Origin: a candidate division BRC1 bacterium ADurb.Bin183 | GTDB lineage: Bacteria; Sumerlaeota; Sumerlaeia; MWCT01 | Reading direction: 5' to 3' | Length of the DNA: 64,000 nt | Assembly (NCBI GenBank): GCA_002070185.1 | Contig: MWCT01000008.1 | Location: forward strand, 57,625 to 121,624 | Shown: positions 32,571-41,679 of the stretch, piece after piece | How positions within the stretch are numbered: the stretch's first letter is position 1 | How the letters are laid out: each line of letters begins with the position of its first letter | The notes under the pieces: model-generated | Seen by the model: only the letters and a program-made list of their open reading frames with translations | The model's database searches: none | Told to the model about the DNA's origin: nothing | Made by a program: the position numbers and the translations under genes

Positions 32571-33929
32571 TTAGCGCAGGCAGCCTTCTGATAATTTCAG
32601 AACAAGTCTGATATGATTATGGAGAGCCAAAAATTCCTCTTCCGCCCCCGAACAGCCAGTATGGTCAAAATGGAGTTCTTCAAACCTTTTCCCGATATAT
32701 GGTTTTAGAAAACCATCCAAATCCGCAACGCCTTCAACAAGCGTCAAGGGGGCAATGAAATCAATGCTCAGCAACTCATGATTCGGCGAGACTGTCACAA
32801 GATAAAGATACGGCGGATAATATGTTCCCTCGGAGCGATCCACAAAAAATGTATTCGCCGCATGTTTGTGGTCTTTATATAAGGCATAGTAATGGATGCG
32901 GGTTGAATCCAATTCATCGGCATACTTGCCGCCATCCAAACGCCTGACTTCGAATGAGTCATGAGGAACTTTGATTATATTCAAAGCTCTTTCGTCCGGA
33001 ATTATACCCCCAATTCTTGCAATAGGTTTTTTCATCTGCGTTGTATCTTTTTTTCTCAAAAAAGAAAAAAAGCCTTTTGATTTTTTTTGAATAGGGAACG
33101 ATTGATATTCTATTTTATCAATATTCGCCGCACCATTAATATCAAAGGATAACCGTCCCACAAAATCCTCGCCTGTCTTATGCACAATATAGGTCTGGTT
33201 TATTTTGCGAATAGGTACTTGTGATGATGAGTGGGATTCAATTATAATATTAATTGATGAATACTTTTGTGCGAGAAAATCATTTTCAGCAGGGGAGAGG
33301 TTTGAGAGTAAGATGTTGAAAGTGTTTTCTTTATTATCCAAATAAAAATATGAGATTATTGCCGCTTCGATATCCTCAATTCTAAAAAAAGACATCAAGG
33401 ACGGTGCGGAATATTTGCTGTCAAAGTGTGTTGCGCCGATAATCCTAAGATTACACTTTAAATCTGCCGTAGGAATATCTGCAAATGGACGCCCCAAACG
33501 CTGTCCATTATCAGAGAGCAAAGCCAGTGAAAGGTATATTGGTTTATTCTCGGGGAAAGGACATTCCCACAAAGTAAGACTTTTTGATAAAAACAAATCC
33601 CGAGCCCCAAAATTAATCACATCATATCTGTGTGTTCGAAAATGAGCGATCGCCGGACTCTTCTCGCATCTTTCCGTAACATCCAACCAATTAAAGAAAT
33701 TTCCCGTATCAACAACGATAGATTCAGGATATAACTTAAATATCTGTTTAAGAACAGTATTCAGCTGTGCGATGTTATTTTTCCGAATTTGTTCCGATTC
33801 AATTGAATGGAATAAATCGCCAAGATTTCCGGTAATAATAATAGATACCCTTTGTAATTTAACATGTTTTGAACCCAAGCATAACAATAAAACCGCGATG
33901 AAAAAGAACAAAGTTGTCCGTTTTTTCAT
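32571..33929 (-). CDS. Secreted hypothetical protein, possibly a degenerate calcineurin-like/5'-nucleotidase fold
   Basis: It has a signal peptide. ITGNLGD, VDTGNFF and INFGARD sit where metallophosphatase motifs (DxH, GDxxD, GNHE) would be, but the metal ligands are replaced. Confidence 0.4.
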   Translation of the reverse strand: MKKRTTLFFFIAVLLLCLGSKHVKLQRVSIIITGNLGDLFHSIESEQIRKNNIAQLNTVLKQIFKLYPESIVVDTGNFFNWLDVTERCEKSPAIAHFRTHRYDVINFGARDLFLSKSLTLWECPFPENKPIYLSLALLSDNGQRLGRPFADIPTADLKCNLRIIGATHFDSKYSAPSLMSFFRIEDIEAAIISYFYLDNKENTFNILLSNLSPAENDFLAQKYSSINIIIESHSSSQVPIRKINQTYIVHKTGEDFVGRLSFDINGAANIDKIEYQSFPIQKKSKGFFSFLRKKDTTQMKKPIARIGGIIPDERALNIIKVPHDSFEVRRLDGGKYADELDSTRIHYYALYKDHKHAANTFFVDRSEGTYYPPYLYLVTVSPNHELLSIDFIAPLTLVEGVADLDGFLKPYIGKRFEELHFDHTGCSGAEEEFLALHNHIRLVLKLSEGCLR

Positions 33930-34414
33930 GAAAAAACCACCCTCCGATAATCGTTGTTTGAGACGTCAAGCAGCCCAATGGAAGCCTCGCCAGTCAGCCA
34001 TGCGCACGCCTCACCGGGATTGTAAGATGGAATGCCTTTGATAAAAGCCCTTTCCGGTTTATGCGTGTGCCCGTATAATATTATATCAGGTTGAGGGAAT
34101 TTGTCCAAATCTTTTTCACAAATAGGCGCATGATTCACAAGAAATAATTTGCCGCCTATTGTATATAGATGAGGCGGGTTATGCAATTCCCCAAACGGCG
34201 CCACAGTTTTTATGAGCCCTTCGCGTTCTCCGTCATTATTTCCAAATACTGAATAAAATGGACAGTTCAATCCCTGAAATAGTTTGGCAGCAAAAGGGGC
34301 GACAAAATCTCCGCAATGAATCACCGCCCCAACGCCTTCAGATTTAAACACATCAATAGATTTTCGAATCATAACCATTTGGTCGTGTGTATCGGAAATA
34401 ACGCCGATTATCAT
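33926..34414 (-). CDS. YfcE/MJ0936-family metallophosphoesterase
   Basis: ISDTHD, HCGDF, GNNDGE and GHTH motifs. Confidence 0.85.
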   Translation of the reverse strand: MIIGVISDTHDQMVMIRKSIDVFKSEGVGAVIHCGDFVAPFAAKLFQGLNCPFYSVFGNNDGEREGLIKTVAPFGELHNPPHLYTIGGKLFLVNHAPICEKDLDKFPQPDIILYGHTHKPERAFIKGIPSYNPGEACAWLTGEASIGLLDVSNNDYRRVVFS

Positions 34415-35322
34415 TTAGAAGAACCCCTTTTTTCGCTAAACAGTAAATATCGCCCGATACCTTCTTTAATAGATATCGGGACAATTCCCAAATTTTTTTT
34501 CGCCAACGATGAATCCAAAGACACATCCGGCGGACGATAATAATTTAATTGCGCATCCTTTATGTTTGTGCCGCAAATATTTGAAAGCTCATAACCGCCT
34601 TGCCTCGCAAGTTCAACGCCAAATTCATAACGCGAACAACGGTCAGCCCCGCCAAGGTGCATGACACCGCAGAAATTTGAATCAATAAGCCTCACAAGGG
34701 CGTTTGCCGCATCTTCAACATAAAGCGGCGTTCTGAATTCATCTTTAAAAAGGGTCGCTTTCCCTTTTTCCAAACTCGATTCAATCCACCCAGCAAAGGA
34801 TTGTTTGCGCCCAAGGGCAGGACCATACAGCAAAGCAACGCGAATGATGGCGTGATTTTTTCCCCATGCCTTAACAAGTTCTTCTGCCTCGAATTTTGTC
34901 TTTGCGTAAACCATCAACGGGTTGGGCATATCGGATTCGTTGTAATTGCCCCTCAAACCGTCGAACACGAGATCTGTTGAGACATAGATGAAGCGCGTGG
35001 ATTCGGATGAAAATAATTTGAGCAGCTCTGAAGTCGCATCAACGTTAATACGACGGGCGCGTTCTGGTTCTTTTTCACAAAGCTCTGTCTGGGCAAGCGC
35101 GGCTATATGTAGCACGACATCGGGATAAATGCCTTTTGCGGCTAAGGCGATTGAACCGCTTTCTTCCAAATCGGCATCAACCGCATTAAAATGATGCGTT
35201 TTCGGTAGGGGAGCGGCATGGCGAAGGGCATAAACATCGTAGCCTTTGCCTTGAAGATGATTCAAAACATGCAACCCCAAAAAACTTGATGCGCCTGTAA
35301 TAAATATTTTTAATTGCTTCAT
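34411..35322 (-). CDS. RmlD-like NAD(P)-dependent sugar reductase/epimerase (extended SDR)
   Basis: ITGASSFLG Rossmann motif and the YAKTK catalytic YxxxK. The size fits dTDP-4-dehydrorhamnose reductase. Confidence 0.7.
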   Translation of the reverse strand: MKQLKIFITGASSFLGLHVLNHLQGKGYDVYALRHAAPLPKTHHFNAVDADLEESGSIALAAKGIYPDVVLHIAALAQTELCEKEPERARRINVDATSELLKLFSSESTRFIYVSTDLVFDGLRGNYNESDMPNPLMVYAKTKFEAEELVKAWGKNHAIIRVALLYGPALGRKQSFAGWIESSLEKGKATLFKDEFRTPLYVEDAANALVRLIDSNFCGVMHLGGADRCSRYEFGVELARQGGYELSNICGTNIKDAQLNYYRPPDVSLDSSLAKKNLGIVPISIKEGIGRYLLFSEKRGSSK

Positions 35323-36206
35323 AGATTGTCCAGTTTTTCAACAGCCTGCTTGAGTTTATCGGGATTGGTATGAGTATAAATCTGTGTGCTTGTAATCGAG
35401 GCATGCCCCAGAAGTTTTTGAATTTCAAGAATGTCAACTTCATTCATGTGCAGCAGCGTGGCAAAGGTATGGCGAAGTTTGTGGGGCGATATTTTAGATT
35501 TATTAATCCCCGATTTGAGAACATATTTTTTTACGAGGGTCTCAATCGAACGACCGGAAAGGCGATTCCCAAATCTATTAAGAAAAATTGACGGACATTC
35601 TGAAATAGGGCGGCGATCCAGATAAGCCCTTAGCGAGTTTAATACAATTTTATTTAAAGGGACAAGACGTTCTTTTGAGCCTTTGCCAAATACTTTTAAT
35701 GTGCTGCGCTCAAAATCAATATCAGTCAGATTAGCATTAACAAGCTCTTTTAGGCGTATGCCCGTAAAAGCAAGCAATGTAATTATGGCGGCATCTCTGA
35801 TGCCGGATAGCTCTGTCTGGTCTGGAGTATTTAGCAGTTTTTGAAGCTCGCTTGTAATAAGATAAATAGGGAGTTTTTTGGGAAGTTTCGGATTGCTGAT
35901 AATACCGAGAGGGTTGACTTTGATATGATTTTCTTGAACGCAAAATTTGAAAAAGGTTCGGAGCGACACAATTGTTCTCGCAATGGAGGACGCCCTGTAT
36001 TCGCGTTCCATTTGGAGATGATTCAAATATTGGCGTATAAGCGGGGTTTCGATTTTGGTTATAAGCGGCTCCGACCCTTTGGTGCGGATGAGATATTCCA
36101 CAAATTTGCGCAGTTCTTGACGATATTCTTTTCGCGTGCGCTCCGCTAGATTACGCTCGACGCTTAAAAAGTTATCGAAATCAGAAATTTTATCTGATAT
36201 TTTCAT
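35319..36206 (-). CDS. Xer-type tyrosine recombinase
   Basis: 295 aa with an N-terminal SAM-like core-binding domain. The catalytic residues lie in TGIRLKEL (R), HKLRHTFAT (HxxR) and LGHASITSTQIYTH (H...Y). Confidence 0.85.
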   Translation of the reverse strand: MKISDKISDFDNFLSVERNLAERTRKEYRQELRKFVEYLIRTKGSEPLITKIETPLIRQYLNHLQMEREYRASSIARTIVSLRTFFKFCVQENHIKVNPLGIISNPKLPKKLPIYLITSELQKLLNTPDQTELSGIRDAAIITLLAFTGIRLKELVNANLTDIDFERSTLKVFGKGSKERLVPLNKIVLNSLRAYLDRRPISECPSIFLNRFGNRLSGRSIETLVKKYVLKSGINKSKISPHKLRHTFATLLHMNEVDILEIQKLLGHASITSTQIYTHTNPDKLKQAVEKLDNL

Positions 36207-36342
36207 ATAATATCTCCAACAGATGAATAACCTTCTTTCGGCATTAGATGTTTTTCAAGTCCCAAATTTTCCACAAATGTCGCGCGCGACTCCATTTCGC
36301 CCCTAATCGCCCCCTTCCAAGCCACAAAACGCCAAAATCTAT

Positions 36343-36372
36343 AACTTCGACAAATCGTAATTTGTCGAAGTT
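36343..36372. repeat. Perfect 30-bp palindrome (13-bp arms, 4-nt centre): aacttcgacaaat-cgta-atttgtcgaagtt
   Basis: Read directly. It lies 137 bp upstream of the Xer-like gene start, in a 330-bp non-coding gap. Confidence 0.85.
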
Positions 36373-36536
36373 GTGCGTAATTTAAGCGTTTCCAGCGTTA
36401 AATAACTGCCTTTATTGGTCTTATTGCCTTTTGTTTCAAGTTTTTTATCATGGCGAAACTCCAATTTATATTCCACAAATATTTTTGCTGGTTAATGAAA
36501 ATTTATAAACAAGGCTTTTTTCCTGTTTGTGGTTTT

Positions 36537-37097
36537 TTATTCGATGATGTCTTCGGGGGATTCTTCCGGCAGGTTGTTCAGGAGATATTCATCAATCTCT
36601 TTTTTGGTTGCGGCGATTTTTTCACCATCAAGAGTTTGATCCTGAATTGTTATTTCTTCGCCGGTTATCCTGTTTTCGAAAACAAGCAACGTTCGTTCGG
36701 GGATATTGTTCTCAGGTTCTGCGGGCGCTGCTCTGGTGCCTTTCCAATTAAAGACCTTATACCGCATCAAAAGGTGTGAAATATAAAAAAGCATATAAGC
36801 ATTGCCTTCGCCTTTTTGCGCGTTTAAAAACTCGAACATCCGAAGGAGAAGATTATTGCGCTCTTTTTTCGTCAAACGGCGCGTGTTGTCCGGTTTGATT
36901 CTTTTGGTCAGCCAGTAGGAAAAATAATCTCTATCCTGAATCTTTTCCCAACATGTTGGACAAAAATCCTTTCGAGTGGGTTCTTGTTCAATTTTCGCAA
37001 GAATTGAAGGATGCTTTTCAACTTCAACGAGCGAACATCCGCAAAGCAGGCAGTTTTTTTCAGGTCTTTTAATGTTAAGATATTGTTCTTTTTCCAT
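36537..37097 (-). CDS. Hypothetical protein with an N-terminal zinc ribbon
   Basis: CLLCGC...CPTCW Cys pairs. It is adjacent to the holA-like gene: its ATG (37095-37097) shares position 37097 with that gene's stop codon (37097-37099). Confidence 0.5.
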   Translation of the reverse strand: MEKEQYLNIKRPEKNCLLCGCSLVEVEKHPSILAKIEQEPTRKDFCPTCWEKIQDRDYFSYWLTKRIKPDNTRRLTKKERNNLLLRMFEFLNAQKGEGNAYMLFYISHLLMRYKVFNWKGTRAAPAEPENNIPERTLLVFENRITGEEITIQDQTLDGEKIAATKKEIDEYLLNNLPEESPEDIIE

Positions 37098-38071
37098 TAG
37101 TAACGCTTATTTCCATTCTTTGTTTTCGGCTTTGTCTCGCCTATAAATTCGATAAGAAATTTATCAAAAAGAAGTTGCAAGTCCGGCACATATAAATCCG
37201 TTGTTCTGGGGTAAACATAGCAACCAATCAGCAATAACTTATCCAATCCCGCATTGAGTTCCGCTATAGTATAATTCTTGCTCGCCTCTTCAATGTAGGA
37301 TCTAACTTTGGGGGGCAAACCCAAAATGTTGTATTTGATCTCGGACGGGAAAAACACATGGCGGATCTGCTCGAGAGGCATTCTTTGTTTCCTTTTTGAG
37401 TCAATTACCTTTGCCTGAAGGAGTAATACAATTGACCTCAATAACGAATAGAAAATCTTATTGGACGCGCCATCAGAATCCTTCATATACCATATTTTCC
37501 GGATATTCAATGCAGATTTCAGGTCGCGATCTTTAATCGTGTTTTCCAATTGCCAAGCAAGAGGCATAACAGTGTGTTCAATGATATGCCCGTGTTTGCT
37601 TATCGTTTTGTAAAGAGGGCTTTGTTCTTTGACCCGAAGGTTATTTTCCGCATCTTCCGCGCTTTGAAATATTATGACGTTATTGGTAACGGGAAGCGAT
37701 TTTTCAAGATATTCGATGAGGCGCGCCTCATGGTTTGGTTTGTCGGATTTTCGTGTCTTTTTATCTGAATCTTTTTTTGAGGCGGCGCCCGATGAAGAGC
37801 GCTTGGCGCCATATAATTCATCCAGATTGTAAACGACAACCACTCTGCGGGAGTTCGGGAAAAAAGAAATTGTCCCCAGCTCCATTAAAAGCTCTGGCAG
37901 AATTTCTGAAAGGTTAACCCGCGTTTTTGCGCCTTTGGGATAAAACTCTTTGTAATTTTCCCCCCGTTCCTCTTTAATCAAAAAGGCATCAACAACTTCG
38001 CAGCGGTCGTTGTTGAGGTTGCTCTCATCGTTGCCGTGGAGCAAATATATTTGCTTTTTGGGGAACGTCAT
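37097..38071 (-). CDS. holA: DNA polymerase III delta subunit-like protein
   Basis: The N-terminus IYLLHGNDESNL and the size (324 aa) fit HolA. The sequence is divergent. Confidence 0.55.
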   Translation of the reverse strand: MTFPKKQIYLLHGNDESNLNNDRCEVVDAFLIKEERGENYKEFYPKGAKTRVNLSEILPELLMELGTISFFPNSRRVVVVYNLDELYGAKRSSSGAASKKDSDKKTRKSDKPNHEARLIEYLEKSLPVTNNVIIFQSAEDAENNLRVKEQSPLYKTISKHGHIIEHTVMPLAWQLENTIKDRDLKSALNIRKIWYMKDSDGASNKIFYSLLRSIVLLLQAKVIDSKRKQRMPLEQIRHVFFPSEIKYNILGLPPKVRSYIEEASKNYTIAELNAGLDKLLLIGCYVYPRTTDLYVPDLQLLFDKFLIEFIGETKPKTKNGNKRY

Positions 38072-38607
38072 GATTTGCGCTTTAATTGTTCTTTTAATAC
38101 CTGCCGCATATGATTAAAGAAATCAATCGCCATCTTCTCCCGATAATCCGGATATGTCCACTCCCATGGGGCAAACGTCTTTTCATCGCCCTTATAATGC
38201 AAGGTCACCTCGCCGAAGATTTTTCTGCCAAGATAAAGGCGGTGATTGTAATCTTTCGTGGTGGCAAGGACAACCTTCGATAATCCCAAATATCCAGGGT
38301 CTATATTGACTATCCGCGTCCCGTCAGCCCGCCCGAAATGCCTTTCGAGAATATTCGTTTGAATTTTAACGCTGGGCAATTCGTCGGGAACCGTCAATTC
38401 TTTAATAGAGATAAAGACTCTTGAAAGATTTGCGCCGATTTCTTTTTCATAGTAGGAGGTCTTATCAAACGGGACAACATCGCTCATATTGTCAATATCG
38501 CCATAATCATTGGCAAGCCGTTTGAGAACGGCGTCAAAAATATCTCGCTCAGCAAATATCAGCCCGAAGAAGAGTTTAACCTTTTGAGGCAGCTTTTCCT
38601 CCCCCAT
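38068..38607 (-). CDS. DUF4416-family protein
   Basis: VKLFFGLIF...FDKTSYYEKE(I)G...NIDPGYL...KVVLATTKDYNHR pattern, as I remember this family. Confidence 0.65.
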   Translation of the reverse strand: MGEEKLPQKVKLFFGLIFAERDIFDAVLKRLANDYGDIDNMSDVVPFDKTSYYEKEIGANLSRVFISIKELTVPDELPSVKIQTNILERHFGRADGTRIVNIDPGYLGLSKVVLATTKDYNHRLYLGRKIFGEVTLHYKGDEKTFAPWEWTYPDYREKMAIDFFNHMRQVLKEQLKRKS

Positions 38608-38621
38608 TATTTCCCTCTCCC

Positions 38622-39926
38622 CTATTTGATTTCATCCAAAACTAATTTGATCGGCGGCGCAGGTTTATCGCTTATATTGATTGATTTTGAAAGACGCGCT
38701 GTTGCCTCGCTGAGCGATTTTTCGTTTCGATAATAAACGGTAAAAAGAGACTCGCCAACGCCGACCGCGTCGCCGATTCTTTTATGGCATATTAATCCGA
38801 CGCCATAATCAATAACGTCATCCACCTTTGCCCTGCCGGCGCCCAGAACCATGCAAGCGTTCCCAATCTCCCGCGTATCAAAACTCTGAATATATCCCCT
38901 CTTGGGCGCTGTTAATTCTGTTTTATTCGGCGATAAATCCATGAGTGAATAATCCTCGCATATTGCGGGATTGCCCCCCTGTTCAACCAATATTTCGCGG
39001 AACTTGGCAAGGGCGGCGCCGGAGTATAACCGCTCTTCAAGAATCGAGCGCGCCTCTTCGATTGATGCAGCTCTTTCGCCAAGCAAAAGCATGCGGATGC
39101 CCAATTCAATGCAAAGCTCCGTGAGGTCTGCCGGTCCGCGTCCTTTGAGCGTTTCGATTGTTTCAATTATTTCAAGCGTGTTGCCGATGGCTTTGCCCAA
39201 AGGCTGGTTCATATCGGTGATAAGCGCCAAAGACTTTTTCCCGAGTTCCTTCATGACGCCGATAAGCGAACCTGCCAGCGCGGTCGCCTTTTCCTTGGTG
39301 TCCATGAAAGCGCCCGAACCGCACTTCACATCAAAAACAAAAGCATCCGCGCCCGATGCCGCCTTTTTGCTGACAATACTTCCTGAAATCAGCGGGATGC
39401 TCTCAACCGTTGCCGTCACGTCGCGCAGGGCATAAAGTTTTTTATCCGCCGGAACAAAATTATCCGTCTGCCCAATGATGGCAACGCCGTTTTTTAATAT
39501 TAGTTTGCGGAAGCAAGCCTCGTCCATCCTCGTTTGAAATCCCGGAATGCTATCCAATTTATCCAGCGTCCCGCCCGTGTGCCCCAAGCCGCGACCGGAA
39601 ACCATCGGCACGGGCAAACCCGCCGCAGCCGCCAAAGGAGCAAGAATCAGCGAAACCTTGTCGCCAACGCCGCCTGTGCTATGTTTATCAACCTTTATGC
39701 CCGGAATGGATGAGAGGTCAAAGGTGTCGCCGGAATTCATCATAGAACGCGTCAATGCGCCCGTTTCGGCAAATGTCATCCCCTTGAAATAAACAGCCAT
39801 CAAAAAGGCGGACATCTGATAATCAGGAATATCGCCCTTAACATATCCATCAATCAGAAATTCAATCTCTCCCCTATCAAGCTCTCCCCCATTGCGCTTC
39901 TTGGCAATTAAGTCAACCGCGCGCAT
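38622..39926 (-). CDS. pdp: Pyrimidine-nucleoside (thymidine) phosphorylase
   Basis: DKHSTGGVGDK and SGRGLGHTGGTLDKL motifs. Confidence 0.9.
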   Translation of the reverse strand: MRAVDLIAKKRNGGELDRGEIEFLIDGYVKGDIPDYQMSAFLMAVYFKGMTFAETGALTRSMMNSGDTFDLSSIPGIKVDKHSTGGVGDKVSLILAPLAAAAGLPVPMVSGRGLGHTGGTLDKLDSIPGFQTRMDEACFRKLILKNGVAIIGQTDNFVPADKKLYALRDVTATVESIPLISGSIVSKKAASGADAFVFDVKCGSGAFMDTKEKATALAGSLIGVMKELGKKSLALITDMNQPLGKAIGNTLEIIETIETLKGRGPADLTELCIELGIRMLLLGERAASIEEARSILEERLYSGAALAKFREILVEQGGNPAICEDYSLMDLSPNKTELTAPKRGYIQSFDTREIGNACMVLGAGRAKVDDVIDYGVGLICHKRIGDAVGVGESLFTVYYRNEKSLSEATARLSKSINISDKPAPPIKLVLDEIK

Positions 39927-39944
39927 AATGCGACTCCCTTTTTT

Positions 39945-40784
39945 TTAAGTAATTGAAACAATCTCTTTCACAATACCGGTCATGAGCTTGGAAAATTTCA
40001 CCTCAACCAGTCGGGCATTTGCGAGAACTTCCTCATGCGCCGTCTTGCCGTCCGATGGCAGAACCGCCGAGTTGGAAATAAAGGAAATCCCCAAAACGCG
40101 CATACCCAATTGACGCGCCATAAGCGCTTCGGGCGCGGTGGACATTCCAACCGCATCCGCTCCCAAAAATTTCATGAATTGAATCTCAGCCTTTGTCTCA
40201 TAATTAGGACCGCAAGTCGCAAGATAGATACCCTCTTTAAGCACAATCCCCTCCCGCAGCGCCGCATCTCTGGCGACCTGCTGCAATTGCGCGTCATAGA
40301 TTTGACGCTCCCCTGCAACGCCGCATGGCTTGCCGCCGGCTTGCGCCGCCGCTTGGAAATTTTTGAACATCAAATTGATATGGTCGGCGATAAGCATCAA
40401 ATCCCCAGCCTGCAACAGATTGCTCACACCCCCGGCAGCGTTTGTCAGAATCAAAATTTTAACGCCGAGTTCCGCCATGACATAAACGGAAAAAAGACTT
40501 TGATTAACGCCTGCGCCTTCATAAAGATGCTTGCGCCCCGCCCAGAGCGCCAAAGGACGCCCCTCCAGCAAACCAATAACAAGCGCGCCCTTATGCCCAG
40601 CCACCGTGCTTGCCGGAAAGCAGGGAATATCCGAATAATTCAGACTTATGGAGGCGGACACAGAATTCAAAAACGCGCCAAGTCCCGACCCAATAACAAT
40701 CGCCGTTTGCGGAAAAGAGCCCGCTTTACCGCGAATAAAATCCGCCGCCGCTTTCACCTCTGACAAAAAATTATTATACATCAT
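39945..40784 (-). CDS. punA: Purine nucleoside phosphorylase (trimeric PNP/MTAP family)
   Basis: GRKHLYEG, NAAGG and VGMSTAPE motifs. Confidence 0.9.
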   Translation of the reverse strand: MMYNNFLSEVKAAADFIRGKAGSFPQTAIVIGSGLGAFLNSVSASISLNYSDIPCFPASTVAGHKGALVIGLLEGRPLALWAGRKHLYEGAGVNQSLFSVYVMAELGVKILILTNAAGGVSNLLQAGDLMLIADHINLMFKNFQAAAQAGGKPCGVAGERQIYDAQLQQVARDAALREGIVLKEGIYLATCGPNYETKAEIQFMKFLGADAVGMSTAPEALMARQLGMRVLGISFISNSAVLPSDGKTAHEEVLANARLVEVKFSKLMTGIVKEIVSIT

Positions 40785-41007
40785 AAAACTTTTAATTCAA
40801 AAAGATGAAAGGATGCTTCAAATCTTCCGAAAAAATAGCAAGAAAGAAATTGGTTACAAACCAACTCTAATTGTCTTCACTGCCCCATTTGCCCGCTATC
40901 TTTTTGATGGCAGGCTTTTTTTTACTTGATTGTAAATCAATTTCAAATGATGTATCTAATTGTTGAACGAGATTGATATTTTCAGGAAAATCTGTCTTCT
41001 CTAATTA

Positions 41008-41679
41008 ATGGATTCTTTACTGATGGAAAAGCAGGTTGTCTCAAAAAAAAGAGTCGCTGACCATGGCGAAGTTTACACCGGCAAGCGGGAAGTCAACGCC
41101 ATGCTCGATCTGGTAAAACAGGAAACTGAGCGGATTGACTCCCGTTTTCTGGAGCCTGCCTGCGGCACGGGCAATTTTCTGACGGAAATCTTGGAGCGGA
41201 AACTGCGTGTGGTCATAAAACGCTACGGTAAAAGCCAGTTGGAATATGAGCGTTATGCCGTGCTTGTTGTCTCAAGTCTTTATGGCATAGATATTTTGGA
41301 AGATAACGTTATAGAATGCCGCAAACGGCTCTTTGAAATTTTTAATCAGAAATACACCAGTCTTTTCAAAAAGACGGCAAAAGTAAGTGTTCAAAAAGCA
41401 GTTAGATTTATCCTTGAAAAAAATATCATTTGGGGCGATGCGCTCACTTTGATGACAGTCGGCAAGAATCCGGAGCCGATTGTTTTTTCCGAATGGTCTG
41501 CAGTCAACGGCGATATGCTTAAACGAAGGGATTTTACTTTCCATGGCTTACTTGAGCATGAGGCGATAAAAGAACTGCCGCTGTTTTCTGACCTTGGCGA
41601 AGATGTATTTATCCCCAAACCCATAAAAGAGTATCCTTTGATTCATTTTTTGAGGATTGCCGATGCTGAAAAAGAATAA
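41008..41679 (+). CDS. SAM-methyltransferase-like protein, a paralog of the N-terminal lobe of the downstream MTase, lacking a catalytic (D/N/S)PP(Y/F/W) motif
   Basis: HGEVYTGKREVNAMLDLV (motif X-like), FLEPACGTGNFL (motif I), YGIDILEDN (motif II) and IIWGDALT (motif III). Where NPPY is expected the sequence is GKNPEPIVF (41467-41478). The protein ends at 223 aa without a TRD. Confidence 0.65.
   Translation: MDSLLMEKQVVSKKRVADHGEVYTGKREVNAMLDLVKQETERIDSRFLEPACGTGNFLTEILERKLRVVIKRYGKSQLEYERYAVLVVSSLYGIDILEDNVIECRKRLFEIFNQKYTSLFKKTAKVSVQKAVRFILEKNIIWGDALTLMTVGKNPEPIVFSEWSAVNGDMLKRRDFTFHGLLEHEAIKELPLFSDLGEDVFIPKPIKEYPLIHFLRIADAEKE

Noticed and set aside
41043-41050. A8 homopolymer tracts in both methyltransferase genes (41043-41050 in A, 42301-42308 in B) as possible phase-variation switches.
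   Set aside because: A7-A9 runs are common in ordinary genes of this window (for example A9 at 4324-4332 in the TPR gene). The tracts are therefore not distinctive, and 8 nt is at the lower limit for slippage-based switching.
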